Origin: Cyanophora paradoxa CCMP329
Taxonomy: Eukaryota > Plantae > Glaucophyta
NCBI GenBank assembly: GCA_004431415.1
Contig: QPMI01000152.1
Coordinates: 62,001 to 126,000 of the forward strand
Direction of reading: 5' to 3'
DNA length: 64,000 nucleotides
Every line of letters begins with the position of its first letter. The first letter of the stretch is position 1. The position numbers were made by a program, and so were the translations under genes. The notes under the pieces are model-generated. The model saw only the letters and a program-made list of their open reading frames with translations, had not been told where the DNA came from and ran no database searches. Below are positions 12,140 to 23,800 of the stretch, in pieces.

Positions 12140-13520
12140 CTGGATATCGGCCTCTACGTTCTCGACGGTCTCCTCCACGTTCTCAACGGTCTCCTCGACG
12201 GTCTCCTGTCGGCCCCGCGCGTCGGGCGCCGCCCCGCTAGGGGGCGCGGCGCAGCGCGGGGGCGGCGGCGGACCTGGGTCTGCTCGACCTCCTCCTGCTG
12301 CTGCTCGACGGTCTCGTTCACGGCCTCCAAAACGTTGTCCTGCGCCCCGTGCTCAGCCGCGGTCCGGCGCCTTCGGGCGCAGCGACAACGGACCAGGGCG
12401 GGGCTGTCGGTCTCCTCGGCGAGGTCCTGGGCCTCCTCCTTGATCTCCTCGAGGGTCTGCCCCGCGAAGCGCGCTCGTCAGATCCCTCCCACCCTTAAGG
12501 ATCAGAAGAGACGCAGCCAGGGCACCTGGGTCTGCTCCTCAAGGGTCTCCTGCTGAGTCTCAAGGGCCTCCTGCTGCTCCTCGAGCTGCTCCTGGAGCTC
12601 CTGCTTCTCTTCGGGATCGCTGGTCTCCTCGATCTTCTCCTCAATGGATTCGATTTCCTGGCTAATCTCGGCCACCTACGTTCTCTTAGATGTTGCGTGA
12701 AATCGAAGGCGCGAGCCAAAAACATACCTCCTCCTGCGTCTGCTCAATCTGCTCCACCGTCTCAGAGACCTGGCCCGGGACGCCCCCGTGCGTCAAATGC
12801 AAGCATTGAGTTTTCAAGTCTTAATGCAAGCATTGAGCAAAAAATCACCTCCTCCTTAAGCTCCTCCACCTGCTCCGTCGGCTGTGCGACCAGACGTCAG
12901 GCAATGCACTCGTGCTCGCGCACAAGCGGGCGGCTTTCAGTGTTTATGAAAAGAGAAGAGAGACAAGGGGCGGCACACCTCGCTGCTCGAGGTGTCGGCG
13001 CTCTGCAGTTCGGCGTCAAAAGGAAACGAGAAGGAAAGACCGCAGGACACGCACGCTCTGGACCTTGACCTCCTGGAGCTCATCCTGCACAGTGTCCAGC
13101 TTTTCATCGAGATTCTCAACCTGCCGTACAACGAGAGCCGACGGTCAGGCAGTTGCCGAGCGATCGAAAGTTGCGCCCCGATCGCACGAACGCAGCCTTG
13201 CGCTGAGCTATTTTCGAGATAAATTGTTTAAAAAGCCTCAAGGTTATGCAGTTCAATGCCCAAGCCGGCGAGAACAGCAGGACGGGCGACTAGGAGGCAG
13301 ATCCCAGGCTCTCAGCCGGCGGCTCGGTGGGGGGTCGCGCGAGAAGCTTACCCGGTTGGAGAGCTTGTCAACGGCATCCACGAGCCCCTGAATAACATCT
13401 GCAGAGAGCGACACGGGTCAGTGCGCGGGTCCGGGGAGGGACCGGCTCGCAGGGCGCAGAGAAACTCGACGGCTGCTGTGCGGCGACGAGGGGCGGCAGC
13501 TCACCGTCTGTTGCGACCAT
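10111..13520 (-). CDS. Extremely Glu-rich, internally repeated coiled-coil protein
   Basis: Spliced MVATDDVIQGLVDAVDKLSNRVENLDEKLDTVQDELQEVK..., then many E/Q/A-rich exons (EEAEEKAEEATEAAEE; QEKLEESQEQLEEKSEELQEE), ending ...VNDFDAVDFE*. Splice sites are consistent. Confidence 0.7.
11770..12885. repeat. Intragenic duplication of an exon-intron block (~11770-11972 vs ~12680-12885)
   Basis: Near-identical copies about 913 bp apart, including an AT-rich intron (cgtgcgtcaaatgcaagcattgagttttca..tcttaatgcaagcattgagcaaaaaatcacctcctccttaagctcc). Confidence 0.9.
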
Positions 13521-14869
13521 CTTGTCGAACTGAAGATGTGTACTGCGACGCGCGGGTCACTCGGAGCGTGCGAGCTTTGCGAGCTTTGCGAGTTTTGCTT
13601 CGGAAAGGTGTTTGCTAGCGCTCCCGCACCTTTTGACTGAACAGAGGAATCCTCGCTGAAGGCGGTTGGCGAGGCGAGCGTCTGCGAGAAGCTCGAGTGG
13701 CGGGCTCTTTGGAGGACGAGGTACTTGGGTTGTAACTCTTGGTACCCCCCTGATCCGTGCAACTCCCAGAGTCCCAGCGCTGGCTGCAGAAGCGCCCAGA
13801 CTTGGGGGCTCGAATCCTGGCCCCCGATCTCTTGCTCCGCGCCGCTACGTGTGCGCCGGCGCCGGCGCCGGCGCCTGCGCGCGCCGCAGCCGTAACGTCG
13901 CAGCTGCAGCCGGTAGCGCGCGCTCCGAGCCTAGGCCTAGCTAGAGTCCGATCGCGAGGGCTCGACCAATATCGTTAGCACTACCGGTGCGTATACCGCG
14001 GCGCCGGCGCCAGCGCCGGCGTTACCGTAGTACGTCCGACGGTCGGCGCCAGCGCCGGCGCCGCAGCGCTAGCCGTAACGTCGCAACGCGCTGCAGCTGC
14101 TAGTATGCTGTGCACGTGCAACTTGGCCACGACTCGCCGTAGCTCTCGAGGGTCTGTGCCGGTTCAACGGTTTGGGCCCCTGGGAATCGCTGGGATCCCG
14201 GAAATGGTACTAAGACCGCGATATGAGACATGCCAGGAGCTTAATGAGCATCCTACTAGGCTAGGCGCACGGCCGGGCCTAGGCCTTCGAATTACCAAGT
14301 ACTATTTCTTAAGCTTTTCACGTTAATGAATAATGAATGTGATCATGAGATGGTCATATGCATCATGATGGAACGAGCCTCGGAGCTTGAAGCAAAGGAT
14401 GAAGCCCCCCCCCCCCCCCCCCCCCCCCCCGGGCCGGGGACCGTCGGACCGATCGCGAGGCCCGCCGCCCGAGGGCCGGCCCGGCCGGGCCCCCGGACTA
14501 GTACTCCGGGAGGCCCCCGCCCGGGGGTCGCGGCCGGGGGCGCCCCGCCGGAGGCCACCTCATGATCATCCGCAGGCTTCTGATCAGCGCCACCCGTCCG
14601 ATGGAACTGCCTGCTGCAGCTGGAGCTTGAAAAGCCGATTTCGTCGGCCCCGTGCACGTGGCCACATGACTCCGATCCAGGCCTAGGCCGTCCACCGTTG
14701 CCGCAAAGCTGCATTCGTACATCCGCTTGCAGCTGCAGCTCGGGGAAGCCCCACGCGGGGAAGCCACGCTGCATCCGCAGCCAGAGGGCGCCCTGCAGCT
14801 CAGAGTCGCCGCCCCCGCAGCTGCATGCAGCCGCGGGCGCATATGCACCCCGAGCCGGGCTGCCGGGCG

Positions 14870-16316
14870 TCACAGGTTGAAGGTCATGCGGCTCTTGAAG
14901 TCGGTGCCAGTGACGACCTGCGCCGCCCGGGCCGCGTGCCGTCAGAGGCGGAGGGCGAGGGGAGGGGTTTGGGGCGGGGCGGGGCGCCGGGCCTTGGCGA
15001 AGTCCTCGTAGGAGATGAAGCCGTCCCCGTCTGAGTCCGCCTCCTGCACGCACGCCCCCGCGGCCGCCGGCCTCAGGAGAGCGGGGAGCCCCCCCTGCCC
15101 GGCGGGCGCGCACGGCGAGGGTCCGCTTGATCACCTCCTCGAACTCCTGCGGGAGGGGAGCGTCGGCGGGGGGCTCGAGGGGAGGGGGGCGGGGGCGGGG
15201 GAGGGGCGGGCCTGGTCGGAGAGGGCCCTGGTCCCGTCCGGGCTCGTGAGGGTCAGCGTGAAGATGTTCGTCAGGTCGCTCGTCCCGATCTTCCCGCTGC
15301 GCCGACGACCCCGCCGCCCCTCAGCACGACGCCATCGCGTCGGAGGGGCGCGGGCGGACTCTTGGTCGATGTCGTAGATCTTGAAGGCGACTGCGGGGTA
15401 CCGGCGCTGGTGAGCGGCCAAGCGCGGGTACAGAGCACGGGGCGCGGCGCACAGCGGGTCTTCTTCTCGGTGTTGAAGCGGGCGCTGAAGACGGACAAGG
15501 CAACACAAAATTCCTTCGCGCGCGTGAGCTGCGCTTGGGGAGAGGGCAGGGGGGGGGAAAGGGAGAAAGGGGTACCTCGAAGGTGATCTTGCCGGGGTCG
15601 TGAAACTCGAGGCATGTGATGATTCGGGAGCAGAGGGGGTTCAGCCCTGCGCCCGCGCTCGAGGGCACGGCCGGAGACGTGGGAGGGAGGGGGGCGAGTG
15701 GAGGGGGGGGGGGGGGGGGGGGGGGGGTGGGACCTCGCCTATCGGAGGGAACTCCTTGAGCTGTTCTGAAGTTATGTAGTCGAACTTATCGCGATCGATG
15801 CGCTGGAAGTAGTACCATAGCTTCGCCAGGTCTGTGCGGCGCACTCTCGTTGACCGCGACAAAGCGGATTTGGGCGGGCGCGCACCGTCCTCGCCGACTG
15901 CAGATGCGGGCAGAGAGGAGTTCGGAGCGAGATTAGGCCGCGCGCCGCTAAGCGAGGGGCGAGCGAGGCGTACAGCGGGAGGAGATCTTGAGCTGCTCCA
16001 TGCGTTCCTTGCTGAGCCGCTCGAGCCCCGCGCGATCCTTGATAGAGGCCACCGCGCCCGGTATATGCATCATTGCCGCCAGGTTTCTGAACTGCGCAGG
16101 AGCTCAGACAAGTCCTAGTGGGAAGCGGGCCGGCGATTGCGTACGGACCTTCCCGGTGATGCCGCCGAAGAAGGAGAACCTGGAATCGCTGCGCTTGCCT
16201 TGTGCGGGCGGGTCTGGATCTGAGCCCGCGTCGACGTCCACAGCCCGCGGCGCTGGCCTGGGTTCCTGGCCAGCTTTTCCCGCCGCATCCTTTCCCGCCG
16301 AGCCGGGACCAGCCAT
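14870..16316 (-). CDS. Calcineurin B regulatory subunit-like EF-hand protein
   Basis: Spliced RFGEDDLAKLWYYFQRIDRDK..LNPLCSRII..GKITFEEFCVALSVFS..EKKTR.AFKIYDIDQ.GKIGTSDL..VIKRTLAEADSDGDGFISYEDFAKVV..* is colinear with CnB/CHP proteins. It has an N-terminal extension of about 70 aa. Confidence 0.85.
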
Positions 16317-16515
16317 CGCTGGGGCCTGTGAGCTTGGAACGCTAGGGTGTTGCGGACCGATCAGTCGCAGCTGTGCGGGTGGGAGCTGGGTGAAGCTGGT
16401 GTCCTCCTGTGCGCAGTGCCTAGACCGCTGGGCAGAGCTCGAATCTGCAAGTTTGTGCGGCTACGCAGCTAGGACAGCAGACCCCGGCGAGTCGGGGTCC
16501 CGGGGAGGCGGCCAC

Positions 16516-19214
16516 ATGCGAAAGGTGTGCGCGCGGGGAGCCGAACAGGGGTCTCTCGAGTCGATTCAAAATCGCACAGGCGGCAGATCGCGTACAGTAT
16601 ACGTAGCTATAGCGCCGACTCGCCGAGGCGCGAGACTCGCCGTAGCGCCGACTCGCCGAGGCGCGAGACTCGCCATAGCGCCGACTCGCCGAAGCGCGAG
16701 ACTCGCCGTGGATTGGGGCAGCGGGCAGCGGCGGAATCCCGCAGCGGCAAGGCGCCTGAGCCTTTGAAGACATGGCGCTTCGCACCGCTTACATCTCGAT
16801 CTGCAAGCGCGACGGCGTCACCCCGCGCCTCGACTTGTTCGCGGACGTCGAGGGCACGCGCGCCCTCAGCGCGGATCTCACGTGAGCCCAGCGCTCGCGT
16901 CGCTGCCCTCCTTGCAGCTTACGCTGGCTCCTCACTCAGGCTGCTCGAGGACCCGGACCTCCGCGCTCTCTTTTCGCTCGTCGGCCGCCATGCTTACACG
17001 CACCTCACTTCCCTGAGGCTTTTCTGCAACAAGCTCTCGGCGTATGACCAGTTGCGCCCCGTGGCCGGCGGGCCTGCGCCTGCTAGAGCGCAGCGGCGGC
17101 GCTAACGCTCTGCTAGGTACAAACTGGAGCTTCGCAACTTCAGACACGCCAACCCGCTGGTCCTGCGGCCCATCGCGAGCAACCGCCTGGCGAGCGCGAT
17201 CCAGCAGTGCATAACGCCGGACCAGTGTCAGATCCGGTGGCTCGAGCTCTTCGGCTTCGCCTGGACGAGCGCCGGGCTATCGTACTTGTCTTCAGTGAGC
17301 GCGGGGCGCTCGTGCCACCGCCCTACGCCCCTCCTCTCATCGCGACCGCAGGCTCTCGGCGCGAACCGCAGCGTGATCGGCCTCAGCTTGAAGGACTGTC
17401 AGATCGGCGACGAGGGTCTTTCCAGTACGCCTCCCCCTCGAGAGCGCGCCGGCCCCGTGGTCTGAAGCGGACTCAGTTCTGCTGCCGGGCCTGCGATCGA
17501 ACACCACGGTCGAGCAGCTGCAGCTCTCGGGCTGCAACCTGACCAACGTCGGCGCCATCGCCCTCCGCGGTCTTATCGCGGTCCGTCCGCGCGCCTCGCC
17601 CGCGGGTCCGCCCCGCGGCCTCGCGCCCGAGCGGCCGCGCAGCACCACTACGCGCGGCGGGTGAGGGAGGACTGGCACGACACGCTCCACGACACGGCCC
17701 CGCGGCGGAGGAAGCCCGGCGAGGCCGCGCCGCGGGCGCGGGCCGTGCGGGGTCTGACCTCGCTGGACCTGAGCGGGAACGGGATCGGCGACGCCGGCGT
17801 CTGCGCGCTGACGGAGGCCTTCCGGGACGACCCGTACATCACGGCCGTCGACCTGCGCCGGAACCGCCTCTCGGGCCGCTCCCGCAAGGAGGTCGCCGAG
17901 GCCGTCCGCTCCGGCGGCAACTGCGGCCTCCGCTTCTGCGACCTGCGGGAGAACCCCGACTGCGGTGCGCGCCGGCCTTTGGTGGCGGGACCGCCGCGCG
18001 GCTCGGCCGACGCGGCCCCACTCGCGCAGACTGGGCCCTGGGTCTGGACACGTGGGAGTCGTGGGGGGCGGCGCAGGCCCCCGCCGCCGCCGACTTCGCG
18101 GCGCGCGACGACGCCGCCGGCGACGCGGGCCGCCGGGCCCTCCGCAAGGCCCGCAGCGCCCCCGCAGCGCCTCTGTCTGAGGCGAGGCGGGCGCCCGCGC
18201 CGGCCCCTCACGAGGCCCCGAGGGCGCCGCGGCCTCCGAGCCCGGCGCCGCCCGCGAGGTCCGCCCCCCGCGCTTCATCGCCCCCGCTCACCTCACTCCG
18301 TCCCCCTGCCGGCGCAGAAGCGGGCGGCCGCGCCGCCTTCGGCCCCCAGCGAAGACGGCTCCGAGGCCGGGCCCTCCTCGCCCCCGGCAGCCGCCTCGAG
18401 CTCCCAACGGGAGGCCCCTGCGCCGGTGAGCGAGGCCGCTCTCTGCCCGCCGAGTCTCCCGCGTCCAACGCCAGGCCGGCGGCAGGCGGCGGCGGCGACG
18501 GCGGCGGTGGCGGCGGGCGGGCCGCCAGCCGTAGACCCGGAGCTGGCGGCAGCCGTGGCTCTCTTGAAGGCGCATTCCCTTCCGCCGCCCGCCCCGCGCC
18601 CCGCGCGTCCCGAGCGTCGCCGCAGGCGCAGCTGCAGGAGGAGCGCCTGGCGCGGGCCGTGGCGGAGCGGCGGCTGGCGGACGCGCTGCGGGGCGGGGAG
18701 CAGGCGGCGGCGGCGCCGACGGCGGCGGCGGCGGAGGACGCGGTGCTTGGGCGCATCGAGGGGACGCTCGCCTCCCTCGCCGCCGCTCTCGAACGCCTCG
18801 AGGCCCAGTCCGCGCCCCCGCCGGACTCCCGCCCGCGGCCCGCCCGGCCCCGGCCCGGCCTCCGCGCCGGCGCCGGGGCCCTCGGTGGTGGAGGCGGCGG
18901 CGGCCGGCGTGGCGGCCCGCGTGCGGACGCTGTACGGGCTTAGCGAGGGCGGCGCACCGGACCCGTCCTCCCGCAAGTTCCGGGCCGTGGCGCCCGAGGA
19001 GCCGGCGCCGGCGCCGCTGCCGTGGCCCACCGCGCTGCCGGCGCCCCCGCCGGCCCTCGACTGGGGCCTCGAGGACGAGCCCGAGGCGGCGGAGGCGGCG
19101 GCGGCGGCGGCGCGGGCCCTGGAGGCCTACGCCTTCGATTTCGAGGACGTGGACGCCGACGTTGACGCCGCCTCGCCGGGGACCCTCCGCTACATGCGCG
19201 CCTACGGCTACTGA
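16516..19214 (+). CDS. CEP78-like leucine-rich repeat centriolar protein
   Basis: RI-type LRRs (LSLKDCQIGDEG, LQLSGCNLTNVGA, LDLSGNGIGDAGV, VDLRRNRLS, DLRENP) with the insert ARRVREDWHDTLH placed like the CEP78 'R..E.W..SL' segment. C-terminal coiled coil and low-complexity region. Confidence 0.6.
16610..16708 (+). repeat. 33-bp tandem repeat x3 encoding SADSP(R/K)RETR(R/H)
   Basis: tagcgccgactcgccgaggcgcgagactcgccg repeated three times with few substitutions. Confidence 0.9.
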
Positions 19215-19319
19215 CGCGCGGGAGGCGCGGCCGGGCTTTGATATTTACAGACGTAGCGCCCGCTGTCTCAAGCGCGCAAGCTTGACAGTCACGGAGGAGC
19301 CCGGGGCGCGGGCGGGGCA

Positions 19320-20679
19320 CTACTCCTCCCCCGGTCGCCCGGCGACGTGCCTGTTGAAGAACCGCAGCGCCATCTCCGCCACCGACTCGAGCGCACCCGC
19401 CTCTGCCGGAGGGCAGAGTTGAAGGGTCGTACAGCGAGCGCTAGAAGCGATCTCTGTGCGGGCGGGCACCCTCGAACAGGTGCGTGGCGCCGGGGACGAT
19501 CTGGAGCCGCGGGGCGCGGGAGTTGCCCAGGTGCTTCCCCGCCTCCCGGTTCAGCTCCAGCACCTGCGCATGTCGGAGCGTGAGGGGCGGCCAGGGTTCG
19601 GGCGGGCCATCGGAAACTTAGCGCAAGCGGGGCGCACGGTCTGGTCGTTGCTCCCGACGATGAGGAGAACGGGGGACGTGACCTTTGAGAGGGACTCCGC
19701 CCCCGCGAGGTCTGCCCGGTGTCGCAGTCAGCAACGAGCGGCATGAGCGAGTCGCCTCGCAGCCGTCCCGGCCCCCGCTCGCCCCTTCGCACCCGGGCGC
19801 CCGCCGCGGGAGACGATGGCGTGGATGCTCGGGTCGCCGGCCGCCGCCATCAGCGCAGCCGCCGCGCCTGCACAGAGTTCAAGCGCCGGTCCCGGGCCAC
19901 AAGCCATTAAGGCAGCAGACCGGTCGAGGCGCCGAAGTACGCCATGCGCAGCGACGCGACGGGCGGGTCGTGCAGGCCGCTGGCCCACTTCTTGATGGCC
20001 GAGAGCCGTCGCGCGAGGAAGGGGATGTTGAAGCGGTAGGAGCCCGTGTAGCTGTCCGCCTGCTCCTCATCCCGAGTCAGCAGGTCCACGAGGCTGCGCA
20101 GCGCCTTAGCTTTCGGCGCTTGTGCGTAGGTCTAGTCTTCTGTAGACGTCGGGGGCTGGGTCGGGCGCACAGGGTGGCAAAGCCGTTGCGGTTCAGGTGC
20201 CCCGAGACCATCTGGTTACGCGGGCTGCGCATGCGCGTGCGCGCGAACGCTCGAGCGCGCGAGAAAGCTTGCAGAGTTCCGACGGCACCTCTTACGCGAC
20301 GAGCCCGAGCCATGCGCGAAGATGATGAGGCCTGAGGCGCATCCGAAACGTAGTTCGAATTCCGATGCGGCATGCAGATGCGGCGAGCGCCGCAGCGCAC
20401 ACCCTGCGGGTTTGGCGGGATGATGAGGTCTCCGTGGATCTTCTCCTTGTGTTCGAAGGCGTCGCGTGCTACCACGGGGATGGACACGGTCCACGCGCCC
20501 TGGCGCGCCCGTGAGCACTCGGGCGCAGTCGCTCGCGGAATCTCCGGCCTCGCTAACGACACATCTAGCGCTCGTGGAGCGCGCGAGCGAGCGCCGAGGG
20601 CCGCTTGGACCTGCCCCGGCGGAAGCGCTAGTATCACAGGGGGAGGGCCGCAAACCTGCGAAGAATCTGCGCTCGCCAT
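19320..20679 (-). CDS. Dienelactone-hydrolase-family alpha/beta hydrolase (bacterial type often fused to a phosphoribosyltransferase)
   Basis: GLIIFAHGSGSSRKSPRNQ, GFATLLVDLLT, YRFNIPFLARRL, nucleophile elbow YFGASTGAAAAL, VSRGGRPDLAG, PVLLIVGSND, IVPGATHLFE; the Ser/Asp/His triad is present. Confidence 0.9.
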
Positions 20680-20825
20680 TGTGGTGCAATTCGAAGTTAT
20701 CTAGCGTGCTCGAAGGGCTGGAGTGGTAAGCTTCAAGTTTTTGATCACCGGGGGTATACATTTACGACCCATCTGTCTAAACTCAGCGGGAGTCTTGCCG
20801 GCGCCCAGGCCGGCCCGTGGTAGCC

Positions 20826-23800
20826 ATGAGCTTCGCAGCCGGCTCCCGGTGGAGAGGAGAGCTCCGGGACGGCGATGGAGAGACGAGCACCCTTGAGCTA
20901 ACTGTGCACAATGTGAACGACGCCGGCGCCTTCACTGGCGAGGTCAAGGTGGCCAAGTCTGGAGGAGAGAGCCACGCTAACAAGTTCGCGGAGCCCGGCG
21001 CTCTCATGCCGACCCGCAGCTAACTCTCGCCCAGAATAAGGGGTTTCGCAACGCTCGACGACTCCAGCCAGATCGGAGACTATGCAACCATCGGCATGCT
21101 CGTGGACGATGGCTCTGCTGCGGGCGCCCTCACAATCAGCGAGTTCATGAAGCCGCAGAAGGTAGCCAAGTATACCGGCACGCTTGTCGGTGATAGCATC
21201 GATGGCGACTGGAATGAGGGCGATGCGGGAGGAGATTTCAGCCTCAAGTTTCTCGGTGCGCCCCGCGCGTGCGCCCAAATCGCGTGCTAGGGAGCCTGAA
21301 GCGGTCAAGCAGACCCGAGCGCGCCGCCCGCTTCGCCGGGCGTTCGGTCGGTGAAGACTCCGAAGTCCATCAAAGTGGAGTCGCCGAAACCGCCGCCAAC
21401 GCCGCCGGCACCCGCGCAGCCCGCACCCCCCGTCGCCCAGCCCGCGCCCCTCCCGTCGCCATCCCTCAGGGAATCGGTGGACCGGGCGCCGGCGCCCGCG
21501 GCTCGTGCCGAGTTCCAGAGCAAAGCCGGCGCGGACGATGAGGTCCTCATCGAGAGCAGCCCCGTGAAGCCGCCGCCGACGCCTCCCGCTCCCGCTCCGG
21601 CCCCCGCGGAGCCGGCAGCGCCTCCGGCGCCGCCAAAAGCGGCGCAAAAGGAGGAAGAGGAGGATGACCCGTACGACTTCTCGAACGCGCCGGCGCAGAA
21701 GCTGGCGAGCGCGCCGCAGCCGTCGTCGCAGCTGCTGCCGCCGTCGCGCTCCAAGTACAGCAAGCCGCCCGAGCTGGAGACCATCACAGAGGCCGAGCAC
21801 TCCTACATCAGCGAAGCCTCGCCCATGAAGGGCGTGCCCCCGTCCCCGGGACCCGCCAAGGCCGCCCCGCCCGCCGCCGGTGCCGCCCTCCCGCCGCGGC
21901 CCGCCCGCCCGCGCCCGCCCCTGACGCCCGCGGCGTGCCGGCAGGCGGGGCGAAGGCGCTGCACTTCGACGGGGCGGGGGGAGCGTGCGTGGAGCTGCCG
22001 GGGAACGGGAGCCTGGCGATGGGCCCCGCCCACGACTTCACCATCGCGATGTCGGTCCGGCGCGAGGAGGGCCGCGGCGGCGTCCTCGTGTGCCGCTCCG
22101 CGCAGGGCAAGGGCGGCGTCTCCTTCGCCGGGGGGCTGCACGCGGACGGGCGCGCGTACCTGATCTTCCGGAACGGGGAGGAGTTCTGCCTGTGCGAGTC
22201 GTCGGCGCGGGCGCCGGCGGGGCGCTACGCGGACGTGGCGTTCGTGAAGGAGGGCGACTTCGCGGCGCTGCACGTGGAGGGCCAGGAGGAGGACACGCGC
22301 GAGTTCCACCGCTTCGAGGGCCCGCAGCTCGTCGAGCCGCTCTTCGTGGGCGCCCCCGGCTCGCAGGCCGCCTGGGAGGCCCTCGTCACCGGCGTCGCCA
22401 AGCTCGAGGAGGCGCCCCGCTTCTTCTGCGGCCGCGTCCGCCACCTCTCCGTCTGGGAGCGGCCCCTGGAGCCCTCGGAGTGCGCCCACGCCGCCTCCCT
22501 CGCGCTCACCGGCGCCGAGTCGGGCCTCTGCGCCCTCTACAAGTTCGCCGGCGGCTCCCCCTCGACCCTGCCCGACGCCACGAGCCACGAGAACACGGCG
22601 AGGATCCGCGGGGCGATCTGGGCCGACGCCGACGCCGCGGCTGGCCTCCCCGTCCACCCCGAGAAGCCCGCCCCCGCCCCGGCGCGCCCCGCCGAGCCCA
22701 AGCCCGAGCACCCCAAGGCCGAGCCTCCCAAGCCCGAGCCTCCCAAGCCCGAGCCGCCCAAGGCCGAGCCGCCAAAGGCCGAGCCCAAGCCCGACCCGCC
22801 GGCGGCGCCGCCGGCGGCGCCGCTGCTGCCGGAGCCGGCGGTGCAGGAGGACTCGGTGAAGAACATCCAGGAGAAGATCGCGCAGTTCCGGCGCATGTCG
22901 GAGGCCCTCGTGCGCGCCTCCTCCAGCGACGCCACGCCGGCCCGCAGCCCGAGCCCCACCGCCCCGGCCCCCGGCGCCCCCTCTTCCGCCAACGAGCTCC
23001 GCCCGCCCGCCCCCGCCGGCCTCCCCACCGCCCAGTCCGCCCCGCAGCCGCCCTCCTCCTCCCCGGCCCTCCTCCCGCCCGTCGCCGCCAGCCCGATCCG
23101 CGCCACCTCCGCGCCCCCCGCGGCCACCTCGCCGCGCTCCGCGCCCCCGCAGCCGCCCGCCTTCCCGCAGCCGCCGCCCTCGCAGCCCGCCGCCCCCGCG
23201 GCGCCCCTCAAGCCGACCCCGCAGCCGGCGGCGGCCGCGGCGCCCCGCCGCGGGAGTACGCGCCGCCGCCGCAGCGGGAGTACAGCCCGCCGGCCGCAGA
23301 GCCGGCGTTCCGCACCAGTGCGCCCCCGCCCCGCCCCGCGTGGCCGCGGCTCCCCGCAGCCTCGCGCCTGACGCGGGGGGCGCAGAGCGGATGGAGGAGT
23401 GGGGCGTGGAGGACGTGGGGGCGTGGCTGGAGGGCCTGGGGCTGGCGCAGTACCGGCGGGTCTTCGCGGAGTCGGCGGTGGACGGCTCGCTGCTGGCGGC
23501 GCTGCAGGACGGGGAGCTGCGGGACGCCCTCGAGGTCGAGAACCCCCTCCACCTCAAGAAGATGCGCCTCGCCATCGAGTCCCAGCGCGACCGCTCCCGC
23601 CCCGGCCCCGGCCCCCCGGGCCCGGCGCCCTCCCCGCCCTCCTCCGGCCTCTTCGTCCCCTCCTCCGCCCGCCCCGCCTCCGCCGGCCGCGCCCGCCCCT
23701 CGTCGGCGACCGCGCGGCCGGCCCCCGCCGGCGGCTCCTCTCCCTCCAGCCGCCCCACCTCGGCCGGCCCGAGCCGGCCCGCCTCCGCCGGCGCCAGCCG

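Noticed and set aside
16610-16708. 33-bp repeats as a CRISPR array
   Set aside because: The repeats are contiguous with no spacers, code in frame, and have no cas genes nearby.
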